Assembly (NCBI GenBank): GCA_030141605.1
Contig: JAQGDQ010000125.1
Location: forward strand, 310,001 to 374,000
Direction of reading: 5' to 3'
DNA from: Tubiluchus corallicola
Lineage: Eukaryota; Animalia; Priapulida
DNA length: 64,000 bases
Shown: piece after piece, positions 36,601 to 59,783 of the stretch
Layout of the letters: every line of letters starts with the position of its first letter
Position numbering within the stretch: position 1 is the first letter of the stretch
Made by a program: the position numbers and the translations under genes
The notes under the pieces: generated by a model
The model's input: the letters and a program-made list of their open reading frames with translations, nothing else
The model's database searches: none
What the model was told of the DNA's origin: nothing

Positions 36601-37593
36601 ACGAATGAAAAGCTATTAATTAATAATAAATTGAATGATATGATAAAATGAATAATAAATAATAATGAATGTGTTTAGTGTTTTGTGTTTAGCTTAGAGG
36701 GAATTTGATTTACCTAGAGTTAGCGTGGCAGAAAATCAGCCGGTCTGCAGTGGCAAAACCTGTTTAGGATTTTATTATGATCTCTTTCATGAGTTCGTTC
36801 ATGAATACTATCGAGTTGTTCTCTTTCAGCTTCTGTTATTTTTTTTCAGATTTTTTGTCAGCTGCATTCAAGTCCAAGCATGCTAGTCAGCGTAAATACA
36901 AGCTGTTTGCGAGTAAGTATTGATAAATATAGCTGCTAACCTGGAGCACATTATAAACTGACTTTTAGTCTCTCATGTGTTGAGAGGAATGTAGTTGTGT
37001 AAGGTATTGACACAGTTACACCTTAATTTCCAAGTAATCTCTTCCTCTGATGGTGCGCAAAAAGCACTGTATTTTTTTGTAATGCATTCCATTTGAATGT
37101 TTGGTCATTAAATTTCTTAATCAGTTTATACATAGGACTTAGTTAATGTCCTTTCTCTTACTGACCAGCTGAGGTTTTGCTACAAATATGTCAGCTGATT
37201 CAATAACTTTCTGGAATAGACATGTTATGTTCATTCACATCATTTCTCAGACTTGCGTTGCCATTCTCAACTGTGTCTTCCAAAGTTTACTTGTTCTACC
37301 AAATTTTCATTTTACTATTCAAGGAGCTAAAAAGATGTGGCAACTCTCTGAATTACAACCTCTTGCTTAAACTTGATTAACTTGTCTCTTGTTTTTTGTT
37401 GTTAGTTGTCTCTCACCATGGCAGGAATGCAGCTGGTGGACATTGGACTGCAGATGTTTTTCACATGGGTATTAACGGTTGGATACGCGCTGATGATAGT
37501 CTAGTTAAACCATTACCACTAGCGCAGGTACTGAAGTACACACCACCCAAACAACCCTACCTACTTTTCTATCGGCGCTGTGATCTGATGTAA
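27677..37593 (+). CDS. USP10: Ubiquitin carboxyl-terminal hydrolase 10 (USP10), 15 coding exons
   Basis: Exons 27677-27709, 27840-27941, 28244-28286, 29700-30911, 32361-32452, 32903-33012, 33124-33167, 33403-33506, 33913-34006, 34392-34534, 34657-34782, 35929-36021, 36424-36568, 36850-36912, 37406-37593, all phase-consistent. Motifs: SWASLF, PRGLINKGNWCYIHATLQA (Cys box), GRQEDAEEFL, EWERVGPKNK, QPFFTLQLDIQ, HHG...GGHWTADVF...GWIRADD, YLLFYRRCDLM*. Confidence 0.93.
28728..29549. mobile_element. Tc1/mariner (Tigger-like) non-autonomous element in USP10 intron 3
   Basis: TA|CAGTATAATCCACTTGTAACGAG ... CTCGTCGTAAATGGATTATACTG|TA inverted termini. Confidence 0.8.
30988..31400 (-). mobile_element. 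Decayed non-LTR retrotransposon ORF2 C-terminal fragment
   Basis: IERGRY...IPAENRICTF...EIEDELHFVIKCP resembles the Cys/His C-terminal motif of CR1/L2-group LINE ORF2; frameshifted upstream. Confidence 0.7.
32453..32902 (+). other. U12-type (minor spliceosome) GT-AG intron in USP10
   Basis: Donor GCA|GTATCCTTT is the U12 consensus; the 3' end tttttctaaatgaaacttttag has a U12-like branch site close to the AG; splicing restores CYIHA|TLQA. Confidence 0.85.
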
Positions 37594-39250
37594 TTATTAT
37601 CGTGTATAGAAAGTTACTGTGCTGCCATCATGTAAAATACATTTTTTGTAAATATTAAAAAAAGTGTAACCAGATACGTTTGCACTCATTGAAGCATTTG
37701 TTTTATAACCATTTTAGTTTTTCAGCTTTAAACATGCTAATCGTGCACACATTTTAAAGGTTTATATACACATACATTTATTGATGTAATCATATCCTTA
37801 GGCAATGTAAACTTTTGAATCTTATCATCAGTTTAAAACGCATGGTTTTCAACCATTTGCTCTTTGCATTACAACGTCAAATGGCTTTGCTGAACAGTCT
37901 GTTTCCTCTTAGATAATACATCGTATTTTGTTTCCTTTCTGCTTGTTTTTGTGGCTAAATTATTAGTGATAATACACAATTTCAGCATTATCACCAGACT
38001 GTATTATGAATTGAGCTTCCAAACATGATTTTCACATTACTGCAATACTAAAGAATTTTGACAATATGGTTAAAGAACATAATGACAAGCTTTTTAGGTT
38101 TATAGAGTTTTACCTATGAGTTCATTTCAAGCATGAACAACATATAGTTGATTTTTATGTCATCAGTTAAATTTTTGTATATAAAAAAAATATGTGGAAA
38201 ACCTGGATTAATTGTCATGATTGTTTTACTGATGTTCTATAGTTTTCAAAAACACACGTGTTTTCCAGATTATTATTAATTCCTAGTTTTAGGTATAAAA
38301 ATAGTTAGGTATCTTTGATTAAATGTTTAGAAATTCAGCCACATTACATTGTTTAATGGTTATGCAAAGCATTACGAAAGTCGGACTAATTTTTGTACAA
38401 AGTTTAGAAATGTAAGAATTCTAGTCTTTCAAGCAGTTCAAGAATGGTCAACCCAAAATGAAATCATGAAGTTCGGTAACAGTTGTATGAATTTGTTTAT
38501 TCAAGGACATCTACTTCCTAGTTACAGAATAGAGAGTTTATACAAGAAATACGTCAGTTTTGCTCAGTTTAACTAACGAAACTAAAAATAAACTTCACCG
38601 CACTATTTTAATAAACAAAACAGAAATTTGCTACACTATAATTCTAAAGGAACAAAATCGATACTATTCTAAATGACAAGAGACTAGCAAAATATTTTTT
38701 GGCTATTTTACAAGCTATCACTTGTTGTCATTATGGTGAAGTCTCCGCATATACAACTGTTTCTAACAACAGAGCTTCATGCATGACAGAAAACCCAACT
38801 AAAACATTTCTACAAGTTTCTAATACCATCTGGAATTTCACTCAATTATAAAAACTAAATAAACGGCACTTAACGTAGCAGTACTTAACACTACCGTTGT
38901 TTTAAAATGAATACCAGATAGAATAGATAACGACAGAAAAACATTCACCGGACAAATGAATAACATATTTAAAAGAGGACTCCACCTTGTGAAGTACAGG
39001 TCCTATTCACAGCAAACTCAACAAACGTCCATAAAATTGCAAATGTTTAACAATTCAGTACAAGATTAATAAGAACATGGTAATTTCCACGTATAACAGT
39101 CTTGCATGCTCTTGCATGATTTTTAAAAATACATTTTCTACCTTATCGCTTTTCTACAGAAAGCAGCTCTACCAATTGGTACAAAATTACAACAAATAAT
39201 GTCTTGAAGTGTGTGTCATATCACTACACAATCTTCAGACAAAAGAAAGG

Positions 39251-41744
39251 TCACTGCAATGGTTGCTCTGAAACAGCACAATAGCTTTTCACACGTGAGA
39301 AATAAAATGGCGGATAGTCAGCATCTGTGAGATGAACATCTGTATGCGAATCCTGACCATTCCTGCAAAAAACACTATCATGATTTGCAATTACGTCAAC
39401 AATTTAGGTAACAAAAATTTAATTACATCCTACACATTCAAGCATTAGTACAATGTAAATAGGTCATGACAGGCAAATGAAACTTTAGTTAATACAAATT
39501 AACTATGAAAAATTGAATGTGTACAAACAACTAACAACAACTTACTGATAACGTGTGATAATAGAATAGCATTGCCACTCAAGTTTGAAATGAGGGCGAT
39601 GACCTACGCTCTTTACTGCAAATTCCTATAAAAAATGCCAGTACAATATTATTGTCAGAACAGTTTTTCACTATAATGGTGGGTTATGCAAAAATTGAAA
39701 CTCATTACGATTCGGTGGACAAATCACGGTGTCAGTCTGTGATGGCTTCTATCAGAAACCACACAATCCAGAATAACTTGCCACTTTCTTAGATGGCGCT
39801 ATTAGTAAAACACCAAGTGCTGTTCTTGTAAAAAAAAGAAAACTAGCTGCTTCAAAGAAACCAGATTTGTGCACTGTACTCACTAGGCCTAAACACAATT
39901 AGTGAGAAACAACATATTATGTATACATACTTATATGCACGAATGTTTGATCAACATTGGCAAATGTTAAATTAACCATCATTCAAAGTGCCATGCACAA
40001 CACACTTTACATAATTCGGTGCTGTGTAATAAGTATGTTCTGTTCTGTCTAGCATATTAGACTACGATAAATATTCCTGCTTACAAACAAAACCCGAACA
40101 AAAGCGAACTAAGATGATATAAAAGCCATAAAAGCTTATTAGTCACACGAAAGTGTCTTATTGAAGCATGTGAAGCAAAAATATTGAGTCAATTATGCGG
40201 GGCTATTTGAGTCAATTACCTACAGTTTTTATGTACATTTGAATAGAAGGAACCCATACCAGGCGTTTTTGAGTCAATTAAGCGATTGAGTCTATTAAGC
40301 GGCGCCTACTGTAGTATAAAAGTAAGCAATAAACAGCCTGCCTTAAAACATTAATGTAGTGACACTGGTTCCCGTTTCAATAAGCAGTTACAAACAAGCA
40401 CACAGTGTATCCACAAGGAAATATGAATGCGTAAATATGACACTTCGCCAAACTCAGTTTTTCGGGTAGTTTGGACAGTTTTTTGGCTCCTAGTTGTCTG
40501 AATTATGTAACGTTTACTGTATCAATTCGTCCTTACCAAATGAAATGTTTTCTCTGGTTCCACCAATGGCTGGTGTCGTGAACGCTTGTAGCGACCATAA
40601 AAGCGCGAGTACATGTACTCATTTGACTTCCGTTTCCTCATTGATATAACAACTGTATTCGACATCATGCGGTAATGGCCGATTAATAATGATGGCACTT
40701 TGCTGTTTTTAGCTTTTAATCTTGGTAGCGAACAGTACGGATCCTCGGGAGTTGTCAGCATCAAAAGTGTACCTGTTATGAAAATAAACTTTAACTGGTG
40801 AATTTGGTGCTTTTTATTTTGCAATGATGAACACGTAATGATTAACAGAACGCTTTTAAATTTTACCATCAGGAAAAAATCGAAGATATCTGTAATATTC
40901 GACGACATGCCAAGGTCTGTAGAAAGAATCAAGCGACTGCTCTCCACGACGCACGTAGGTTGTCTTGCTTATGTAACACCCTTAAAGAAAAACATCAAAG
41001 CTGCTTTACAAAACACACGAATTCACAATATTACCTTGCTGATTGCATGATTTCGAAAATATATTGTATAACAAATATTGAGAGACGAAAAACCTGTCTC
41101 ACCATTGTATCTCATATGAGGACGTTTAAGCCACATGTCTCGCCAACTGGTATATTTTCCAAGCGTACCACATGTTTGGCCAAAGATTCTGTTAAACCAC
41201 AAAAATACAGCTCAGAAGCTTCAAACTTTTACATTAAGCAAATTAATAATGAAATCCACTAAACATTAAACTACATACAAAGAAACAAAGATGCAAGCAC
41301 CCATAGCAAAAGACAAGGCACATATACGCACACCAAAGCAAAGCTTTAAGCATCAGCAAGTTCATAATGTGGATATCAGATTGCAGCAGCACTAAAAATG
41401 TTGGCTTTGATCCCTAAACCATTCACCAAAGCAATGCATACAAACAATATGGCTGCAGAGGTTTAGGCCTCTGATAAATGCTATATTTGCTTAATTTGCA
41501 TTTACTTATTTTTTTACTACATGAGCTATGACATTGAATCTAAACATATTAGAGTCACTTAAGCATTTTCTGTCCTAGCAAAAGTAGTTATAACATGAAG
41601 CAGTTATATTTGTTGGAATCAGCAGATGTCTATACTACTCAGTTAAGTGAGATAATAGTTTAAACATTAAGCCTCATAACTAGTCGTTAACTATTGTCTT
41701 TAGTAATTTTTGTAAGAGAGCTAAAGAAAGAGAAAAAGAAAGAG

Positions 41745-41819
<75 letters not shown>

Positions 41820-44800
41820 GAGAGTATGCATAAAAGAGAGACAGACATTTACTATTTATTACTTCTACTAATCAAGCAGTAGATAGCGGGTATAGCTGAT
41901 ATCTACCTAACACATGCCAATCTCCAAAGTTCTGAGTCCCTTGCACAAACATAAAAACCACGAGAAACAAGTGACAGTTGCTCTAGAGCTCTCAGATCCA
42001 AATCAGAAGATACCACCCACTTGAAGATATACATTAATACCTCAATAGGCAAGGCTGAAATATGTGTTGCCTGAAAACAAAAATCATAAATACTGGCAAT
42101 ATTTCTATAGTGATTTCCTCACATTTATTCAACAAAAAGCAGTAAAATAATGTGGAGATTTTTGGAACATCAAGCAACATCAAGTATAAATGCTGTTTCA
42201 CATGAGATAATTTTTTCTGGAAGTAAAAGCAGTTCAGTTAGATAAAATGTTAAAATTTATCTAGACAGAGCTCAGAAACAGTCTTTCAGTATGACTTAAA
42301 TTATCTTTATTCACAGTCTGTTATTTACAAACCCTCCAAAATATAAATGTTTAATTTATACAATTCCTTTTCTTTAAAAATTTGACAGGTCTACAAGAAA
42401 TTACAATTTACCTTTTGTTCCCAAGCAACTTGACAAATGACTCTGTTAGAATGATCATCAACAATCAATTTCTGGAACTTAGTAGCCAAATCAAGTTCGT
42501 CTTCATTCCAACTTGTTTCCTCCCTAAAAACATCATTAATAACCAGCAACATAAGTTTATTTTAAATAATAAAATAAATACTTAAGCCATATATATATAT
42601 ATATATATAAGTATAAATAAAATAACTATAAGCCATAAACTGCATCTATTTTACCTTTCTGTGACCTTCTTAAACTCCAAATTATCTTTAGAACTTGGTT
42701 TCACACCAACCATATCTTGGTATCGGAACTCAATGTCAGGCACTAGTTGAACAGCTTGTCTGTAGTATGTAATAGCTAAAAAGAATTACAAAAAATTAGA
42801 AAGAGTTGATACTAGCACATTGGGATTTTTAAAGCAGCATGCCAGCATAAAACTGTAGACTGTTGCCTAACAGTTTTTCATATGGAACAATCTGACACGT
42901 GAAAGGTAGCTCTAGACTTCAGTGCACGAAGAAGTCTGGCACGCTGTATTGTAGCTTAAAAACCTGCTTTAATTGTGCATTATATCCTCCAAAGTCAATT
43001 GTATGAATGTCTTAGTAGAGTGTGTATATAACTTCTACATGGCTACGCAACTAAAACGATCCTGTCACACTAAATAGAGTTGGTAAATCTTAGAAGAATT
43101 GAGCAAATGGCAAATTTTTCTTTCTTGTATAGTTACTATAGATTTTTTCTGATGGGCCTACATGTATTGCATGCACACTCAGAGCCAGAAAAGATGCACT
43201 TGCTTCCTGTTTATCAGGTAATTCTGTGGGCCATTAAAATACCAAAAAATCGTCACCCAGAGTTTACTGGAAGTGCTTTATGTTGCATACCCTTGATTGC
43301 ATCATTTTTGTCTCTTAATAATTGAAAGCCTACTGGTCATCTTGCACATTCCACAATTTAATCAGAATTTAAAAAAATATTAATACAGTCATAACTGCAG
43401 TTTAAAGTCATCCTAGAGGTTTTTATCTTTTACATTTCCAAAAAAAAATTGTGCAAAAAGAAAAGAATTCTCAAGTCAATTGAGGAATGTTGCCAAAGAA
43501 GTTAGTCATCAATGTCCTACAGTGAACAGTGCTGTTTTTAATTTCAAATGTTCAAGGCAGTAGCAGCACCAACAATCTTGGTTGTTTTTGTAAATGATGT
43601 TGACTAGGTTAACTGGATTAGCAAAGGAAAGCTGTGCTAAGCTGATATGGCTAAACTGTTGAGTGTGCAAAGTAAGTAGTTCCAATAGCACTTAAATTCC
43701 AATCCACTGTGCTGACTTTTAAAGCATTCTCCCAATGAGTGCAGACGTCAATTTTTTGGTAAAATTATTAAAAAACATTTTTATGATACACAGAATCACA
43801 CCTAAAGTTTTTATATAATTGTGTAAGCTCCATACAAATGATGACGATTTTAAAAAGATTAAAAAATTATAGTAATCATGTTTCATAGCTGTACAATTTT
43901 CAAAGTGCAAAAAATTGCCAAACGTTTGCAGTAAAAACAAACAAACAATTCGCATCAAATCATTTGTACTATTCTTACAACAAAGCTTAAAAGACTGGAA
44001 TCTCAAGTTTAAGGTCAAGTCTTTCAAGTTTGCAAGTCCAAGTCTTGACCCTAAGTCCCCAACCCTAGGCTAAAGTGTCAAAATATCAAAGGAGCCTCTA
44101 CCTTCATATAATCGACCAGTTTGTTCTGCTTGGACACCTTCTTGGAACAAACGTATGGCTTCTTCTTCTACGTCAATAGTAGATTCGCTTCTGGACGACA
44201 GTTTACGTCTCCTTCCTGCTTCCAATCCCAACTCTTCCTTCCACTGTTGACGAAAGTCATCCAAGAAATCACGATTTGTCAAATTAGAAGATGGCTCACC
44301 ATCTTCATCTTCTTCATCGTCCAAGCCAATACCATCTGCTGCTCCACCACCACCAGAAAATGAAGCAGGTTCATCAGCAAGAATTATATTATTGTCCTGC
44401 AAAAAGTACAATTATTGCACACTAACTAATATGTTACTCTTCTTGTAACCAACTATTAAAAGATCTTTGCATTAGTGCATACACATAATAAGGAGCAAAG
44501 CAAACTAAATTATAAATATGCAGAAGAAAAATCAACAAATTTTAGATATACATATTATTATATTTGTTACAATTAGAATGCTTACATGTGAACAAATGGC
44601 TATGCATGACGTTACCATAACAATATAATAGTTAGCAAAATAGGTTCTCTTTCTTAGTGATTTACAGCATTGCACGGGATAAAATTAGCTACTTACAAAC
44701 TTAATATACACAAAGCCCTAGACCAAGTGAAATATATTTCAGATTAGCAAACTCTAAAAAGGCCTATTAACGACAGCATCTCAGTATTGCAACAACAAGA

Positions 44801-45062
44801 GCTATACCGTACAAAAGCAAGAAAATGATTATTACCCAAGAAGATACAACAAATACTCATTAAGTAGTATGACTGCTGACTTTTTCAATCTACATACTGA
44901 TGAAGTAAAATGTTTTTTTATACTCTTAATATAATAACCAACAAGCACTTGCCATATAAAACTCTTTCCAGGTAAAAACATAGAACACACTGCCTGCTGT
45001 CACCTTTAACACACAATAGCCATACTTTTTGCACACACAAATGTATTCAAGTGCCCTGAATT

Positions 45063-45100
<38 letters not shown>

Positions 45101-45447
45101 CACAACCGGATTAATTTGTAGGCTATTTTGCTTTTAATTAGTTAGTTTTGCCCGCAGAATTCTACTTTACTAATTGTTTTTCGTAAATTTGCATGACTAT
45201 ATTTTCCATAATTGTGTGTCATCAATTTAATTTTGATTTATTTTCGTTTTCTATTCTTCATTTTGTTATAATATTTGCTCACCATGCTGAAAATTGTATA
45301 CTCACTAATTAGGGATGGCAGACTAGACGACCACTTGGTCTTTCGCCATCCCGCCCTTCTTAAATTTCGTAGCTTATTGTTATAATTAATACTATTCTGA
45401 GATTATTATTTTGAAGGCAAATAAATGATGATTAAAAACCCTACCAT
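39251..45447 (-). CDS. FBXO9: F-box only protein 9 (FBXO9), 10 coding exons
   Basis: Exons 45445-45447 (ATG only, inferred), 44102-44396, 42655-42775, 42412-42523, 41907-42070, 41103-41188, 40867-40980, 40537-40772, 39546-39625, 39251-39362. Motifs: [30 protein letters not shown]-box [69 protein letters not shown]...PLQ*. Confidence 0.92.
40180..40311. mobile_element. Partial Tigger-like MITE end
   Basis: Repeated gagtcaattaagcg subterminal motif ending in ...gcggcgcctactg|ta. Confidence 0.5.
41725..41824. repeat. (GA)n microsatellite
   Basis: Direct observation. Confidence 0.95.
45100..45432 (+). mobile_element. Probable CR1/L2-type LINE 3' end with stem-loop in FBXO9 intron 1
   Basis: T-rich tract, hairpin GGGATGGC...GACCA-CT-TGGTC...GCCATCCC (45312-45352), then AATAAA(TGA)n. 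Confidence 0.4.
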
Positions 45448-45608
45448 ACTGATCCGTCGGAGACTAGCTGTTTTACAATGACCCGGTCAAAATTAAGTGT
45501 AAGTAATAGTTGCAAGCCAGAGATCATCAATGGCTGTTTCAAATTACAATATCTCTGCAAGAAAAGCAAACAATACTAGAATGATATTTCCGAAACATCA
45601 AGAAAGCT

Positions 45609-45616
45609 GCCATCTT
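45609..45616 (-). promoter_or_regulatory. YY1-like AAGATGGC motif near the FBXO9 transcription start
   Basis: gccatctt on + about 165 bp upstream of the ATG exon, in a CpG-enriched patch. Confidence 0.3.
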
Positions 45617-45961
45617 CTTACGCACAGAACCGCAACGAAGCACGTCATGAATGATGGAACTTATTCGATTCGGTGACGGCTTATTGTGACTACTGCGTTG
45701 AAACCATAAATAAAACAGGACCTGGACTCTCTGCAGATAGCAGGCGAGGTCCCGATTTCTATGCACATAGGTAATTTCACGGAACTTATCTCTTAGAAAT
45801 ATTGTAGAACCACGTAAGCATCAAATTATCGCAATTTTAATTTAGTTAAGCGGAAATTATAGTTATCAAATCAATAAGCCCATGTTAGGTATATGCAGTG
45901 TTCACTACAGTAGACTCCATTGTGATAGTTTCAGAGTTCAATATACCGCTTGGGTAATTAT

Positions 45962-46335
45962 TAGAGGTGAGCACTAAATGTACGAGTTCGAACTTTCGAA
46001 TTCGATTCGAACAAGTTTTTTTTAGTTCAATTCGATTCGAACCTAAAATTATAGATTCAGATAATCAGCACTTCAACCACATATATTCCTTATCATTGAA
46101 AAGTCATGCAATTCGCACAATTTAACTGTCATCTTTGTGCACAATTTTTAAATAAGTTATTAGTGATTTTACTGAAGAACAAAATCGAATAATGTGCATG
46201 ATCTTTGTAAGACCACTTTTTACTGATAGTTTGAAACCTTATTCGAAAATCTTTCAAGCTCGGTTCGAGTTTGAGTCGAATTCAAGTCACAAATTCGATT
46301 CGAATTCGCTTTCTAGTAGAGTATGCTCACCCCTG
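45962..46335. mobile_element. hAT-like MITE with TTCGA subterminal repeats
   Basis: TAGAGGTGAGCA ... TGCTCACCCCTG inverted termini; clusters of ttcgaattcgattcga at both ends. Confidence 0.75.
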
Positions 46336-47798
46336 ATAGTTACAGGTATGCTTAGTTCATTGTCTCAGTAATTAGCTAGGTTCAGCCATTCAGGTAACAT
46401 CTCAACTCTTTGTATCAAGCAGGCCCCACCATGCTCAGCTAGCAGAGAAACAAATCATAACATAATTAATTTTTATAAATCAGTCATCACAGTACACCTA
46501 ACCTACATAACTAACTTCAACATTTAAATTTAATAAAAGATAATGATGCAGACATTTTCGTTTAAGGAAACAAAATTTATTTTTTAGTTTCACAACATAA
46601 CAAATTCACTTACATATTATACTTTTGCACTAAAGAGTAAATGTTGTTTCACCAGACTTGCAGAAACATAGCAGATTCCAAATTACTCTACGATATATGT
46701 ACAGCTGATTGACTGAATTGATTACATTATGCTAATAGTGACTGTGTTAACTTGATACTATCATTAAAATAAGACAATTAAACTTACAACACCGGAGTGG
46801 TAAACAGTCAATATATTAAAAATAATGAGCTGCACTAGTTAAGAAACTAGTTCATTAAATATAACAGTGATCAGTTAATACCTTCTCAAATTCTTTATGA
46901 TAATAAAAATTACTGCCAAAACCGATACAAACAAATATGATACTTGTGACATTAGAAATTTCCATTACTGTTGTAAGCATCACATTGCCAGTTTACCACA
47001 GATTACTATGAAGGCAGATTATGCACACTTTTGCCCAAGGTAAGTATTGAACACCTAAGTTTACATTTTTGTCCAATCACAAACAGATTATTTTACATAT
47101 GAATAAATTCTATACTAACATACAGCACTATTCCCTCTTTTGGTAAAGACAGAGAATACATCCTACAATGCATAGTCAACTAAATAAATATTACCAAGCT
47201 ACTCAAGTCTCAAACGTCTACAGATTCTAAGTTTTCCTAAAGTCACTTTAATTATTAACAATTTAAACGTAACATGATTAAAAGAAAACATCTAGTGAGA
47301 ACAAAAACAGTATGTAAAACATAACAAAGCAGGGATGATGACCTTCCAGGAGCACTTCTTCAAGATAATATCAGATAAGACAGCAGCTTAAAAATCATAA
47401 AAGGAGTGAGATCTCTAATTATTTTTATGCAGTGACTTTACATGTAACAATTTCAATCAAAACTTGCTCAGTGAATTACAAGACCAAAAATGATAAAAAT
47501 CTCCACATTCACTGGGATTGAACCCAACATTCACATAGCTAGCTTGCACAATTTTAAAATAATTAGTCGTCTAATAGGAACGATAATGTATCAATCTGTA
47601 CATAAGATTTTCCACTCATTGACGGCAAAAGAAATTTGGCTTGTTTTGGGTGCATAACTTGCCAAAACCCTGCCATCCCTGCAAAGTGTTTTTGAGCATA
47701 AATTTATAAACATGTCAAAGGTGCAAGAATTGAAAATTTAAAATAAATACTCAAATGTAAATCTCTGGCATGATTGTAGTAGCTAGAAGAAGGATTGC

Positions 47799-58351
<10,553 letters not shown>

Positions 58352-59783
58352 ACTATACAATTTTACTGAAAGCTAAAGACATTGAACAACCAGAACGGAC
58401 ACACGCAGCCCTAACAGCGGCTTATCGCGTAAATTCAATCCTCCATTTAGAGAGCATTTAGACCAGCTACACGCGCAAGCCAGAGTTAAACCAATGACCT
58501 GACGCAAAGTAGATTTCATACTTTTTAAACGTTTAGTAAAATATTTCTGTTAACGTGTTGTGTTTTTCCTATAATGATGATGATCGTATAATACCCAAAG
58601 TTACCATTTCTATTGATATAAACTAGAACTACCTTTTCTGTACAGTATAGCGTTTTGTAAGCCAGACTCAGCACACTTTTAATGTAGATGGTTGCGGCGG
58701 CATAGCCATGTTTGAATGAATGATGTTTCACTATTAATGATATAAATAAACGACTTATAATTACGCAGGGCAGCATGGCACATTTTCTGGTAGCAATCCA
58801 TTCATTTTTCACCAGGTTTGGTGTTTCTTAGCTTCATTCACCAAGTACTCATACGTTCAGTTCCTGCCCCTTTCCCCCCAAGATTACTGTCAATAACTTA
58901 ATCCTCGATGGGTGATTTCTATAGTACCATTATGGTCAACATAACAGCTTCATAAACTTTAGTAGAAACAGATTAAAAGTTGAGCAATTGAGCGAGTATA
59001 ATTAAAGTCATGCAAAGATGTAGTAATAATTATTGCTGCTGGTCATATAAAATTAGTTGTTATAAATCAAAACAAGAAAGGTTTAAATTTTGTAGGAGGC
59101 ACTCATATTTTTATATGAACAATATCATTAGAGGATGCCAGCACCTCAGACTTTTAAGACTTGTATAACAAACCATCTCAGTATCTAGCCTTTTGGTTAG
59201 AGTTTTTATTAGCTGAGACTATATCACTTCAAGTAAATATTATTTCAACTGCATCACTCATTTCCTGCATGAAGTTATGAACACATGGCAATATACTTAT
59301 AATAAGAAGTCTCGAACAATCTAATGTCTCTTATGACATACAACACAATGGAACAAAGTTCTATTAATCAGTATAAAGAAACTTTCTTCCTAAGATTTCT
59401 ATCCAAACTGTAAATATCCTGATTATTATTTTTTTAAACAAAACTGTCAATTTTGAAAACAGACGTTTTATTAGCATGGAGTACTTCCAGTGAGCAGTTC
59501 TGGAATATTTAAGCGTATAGTTTTTGTAACATACATATTTTTAGTACATTTACATAATAGCTCTTTTCTAAGCCTAGTTCTAAAATGGATATACACCATC
59601 ACATCTTATTTGATGCTTTTTTGATACAATATTAAGCACGACTAAAATCATTGCACTATCAAGTGCCGAAACTGGATAATCTAGCAACTCAACAGACACT
59701 TTGCTTTTACCAATTATGATTCGACTGCTAATATTTTTGTATAAAGTAAATAACTTTATAATAACTAGACATCTTTGCAACGT

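Noticed and set aside
47497-47535. tRNA-like B-box (GGGTTCAATCCC on minus); a similar fragment lies near 12000
   Set aside because: No cloverleaf or A box; at most a decayed SINE trace.
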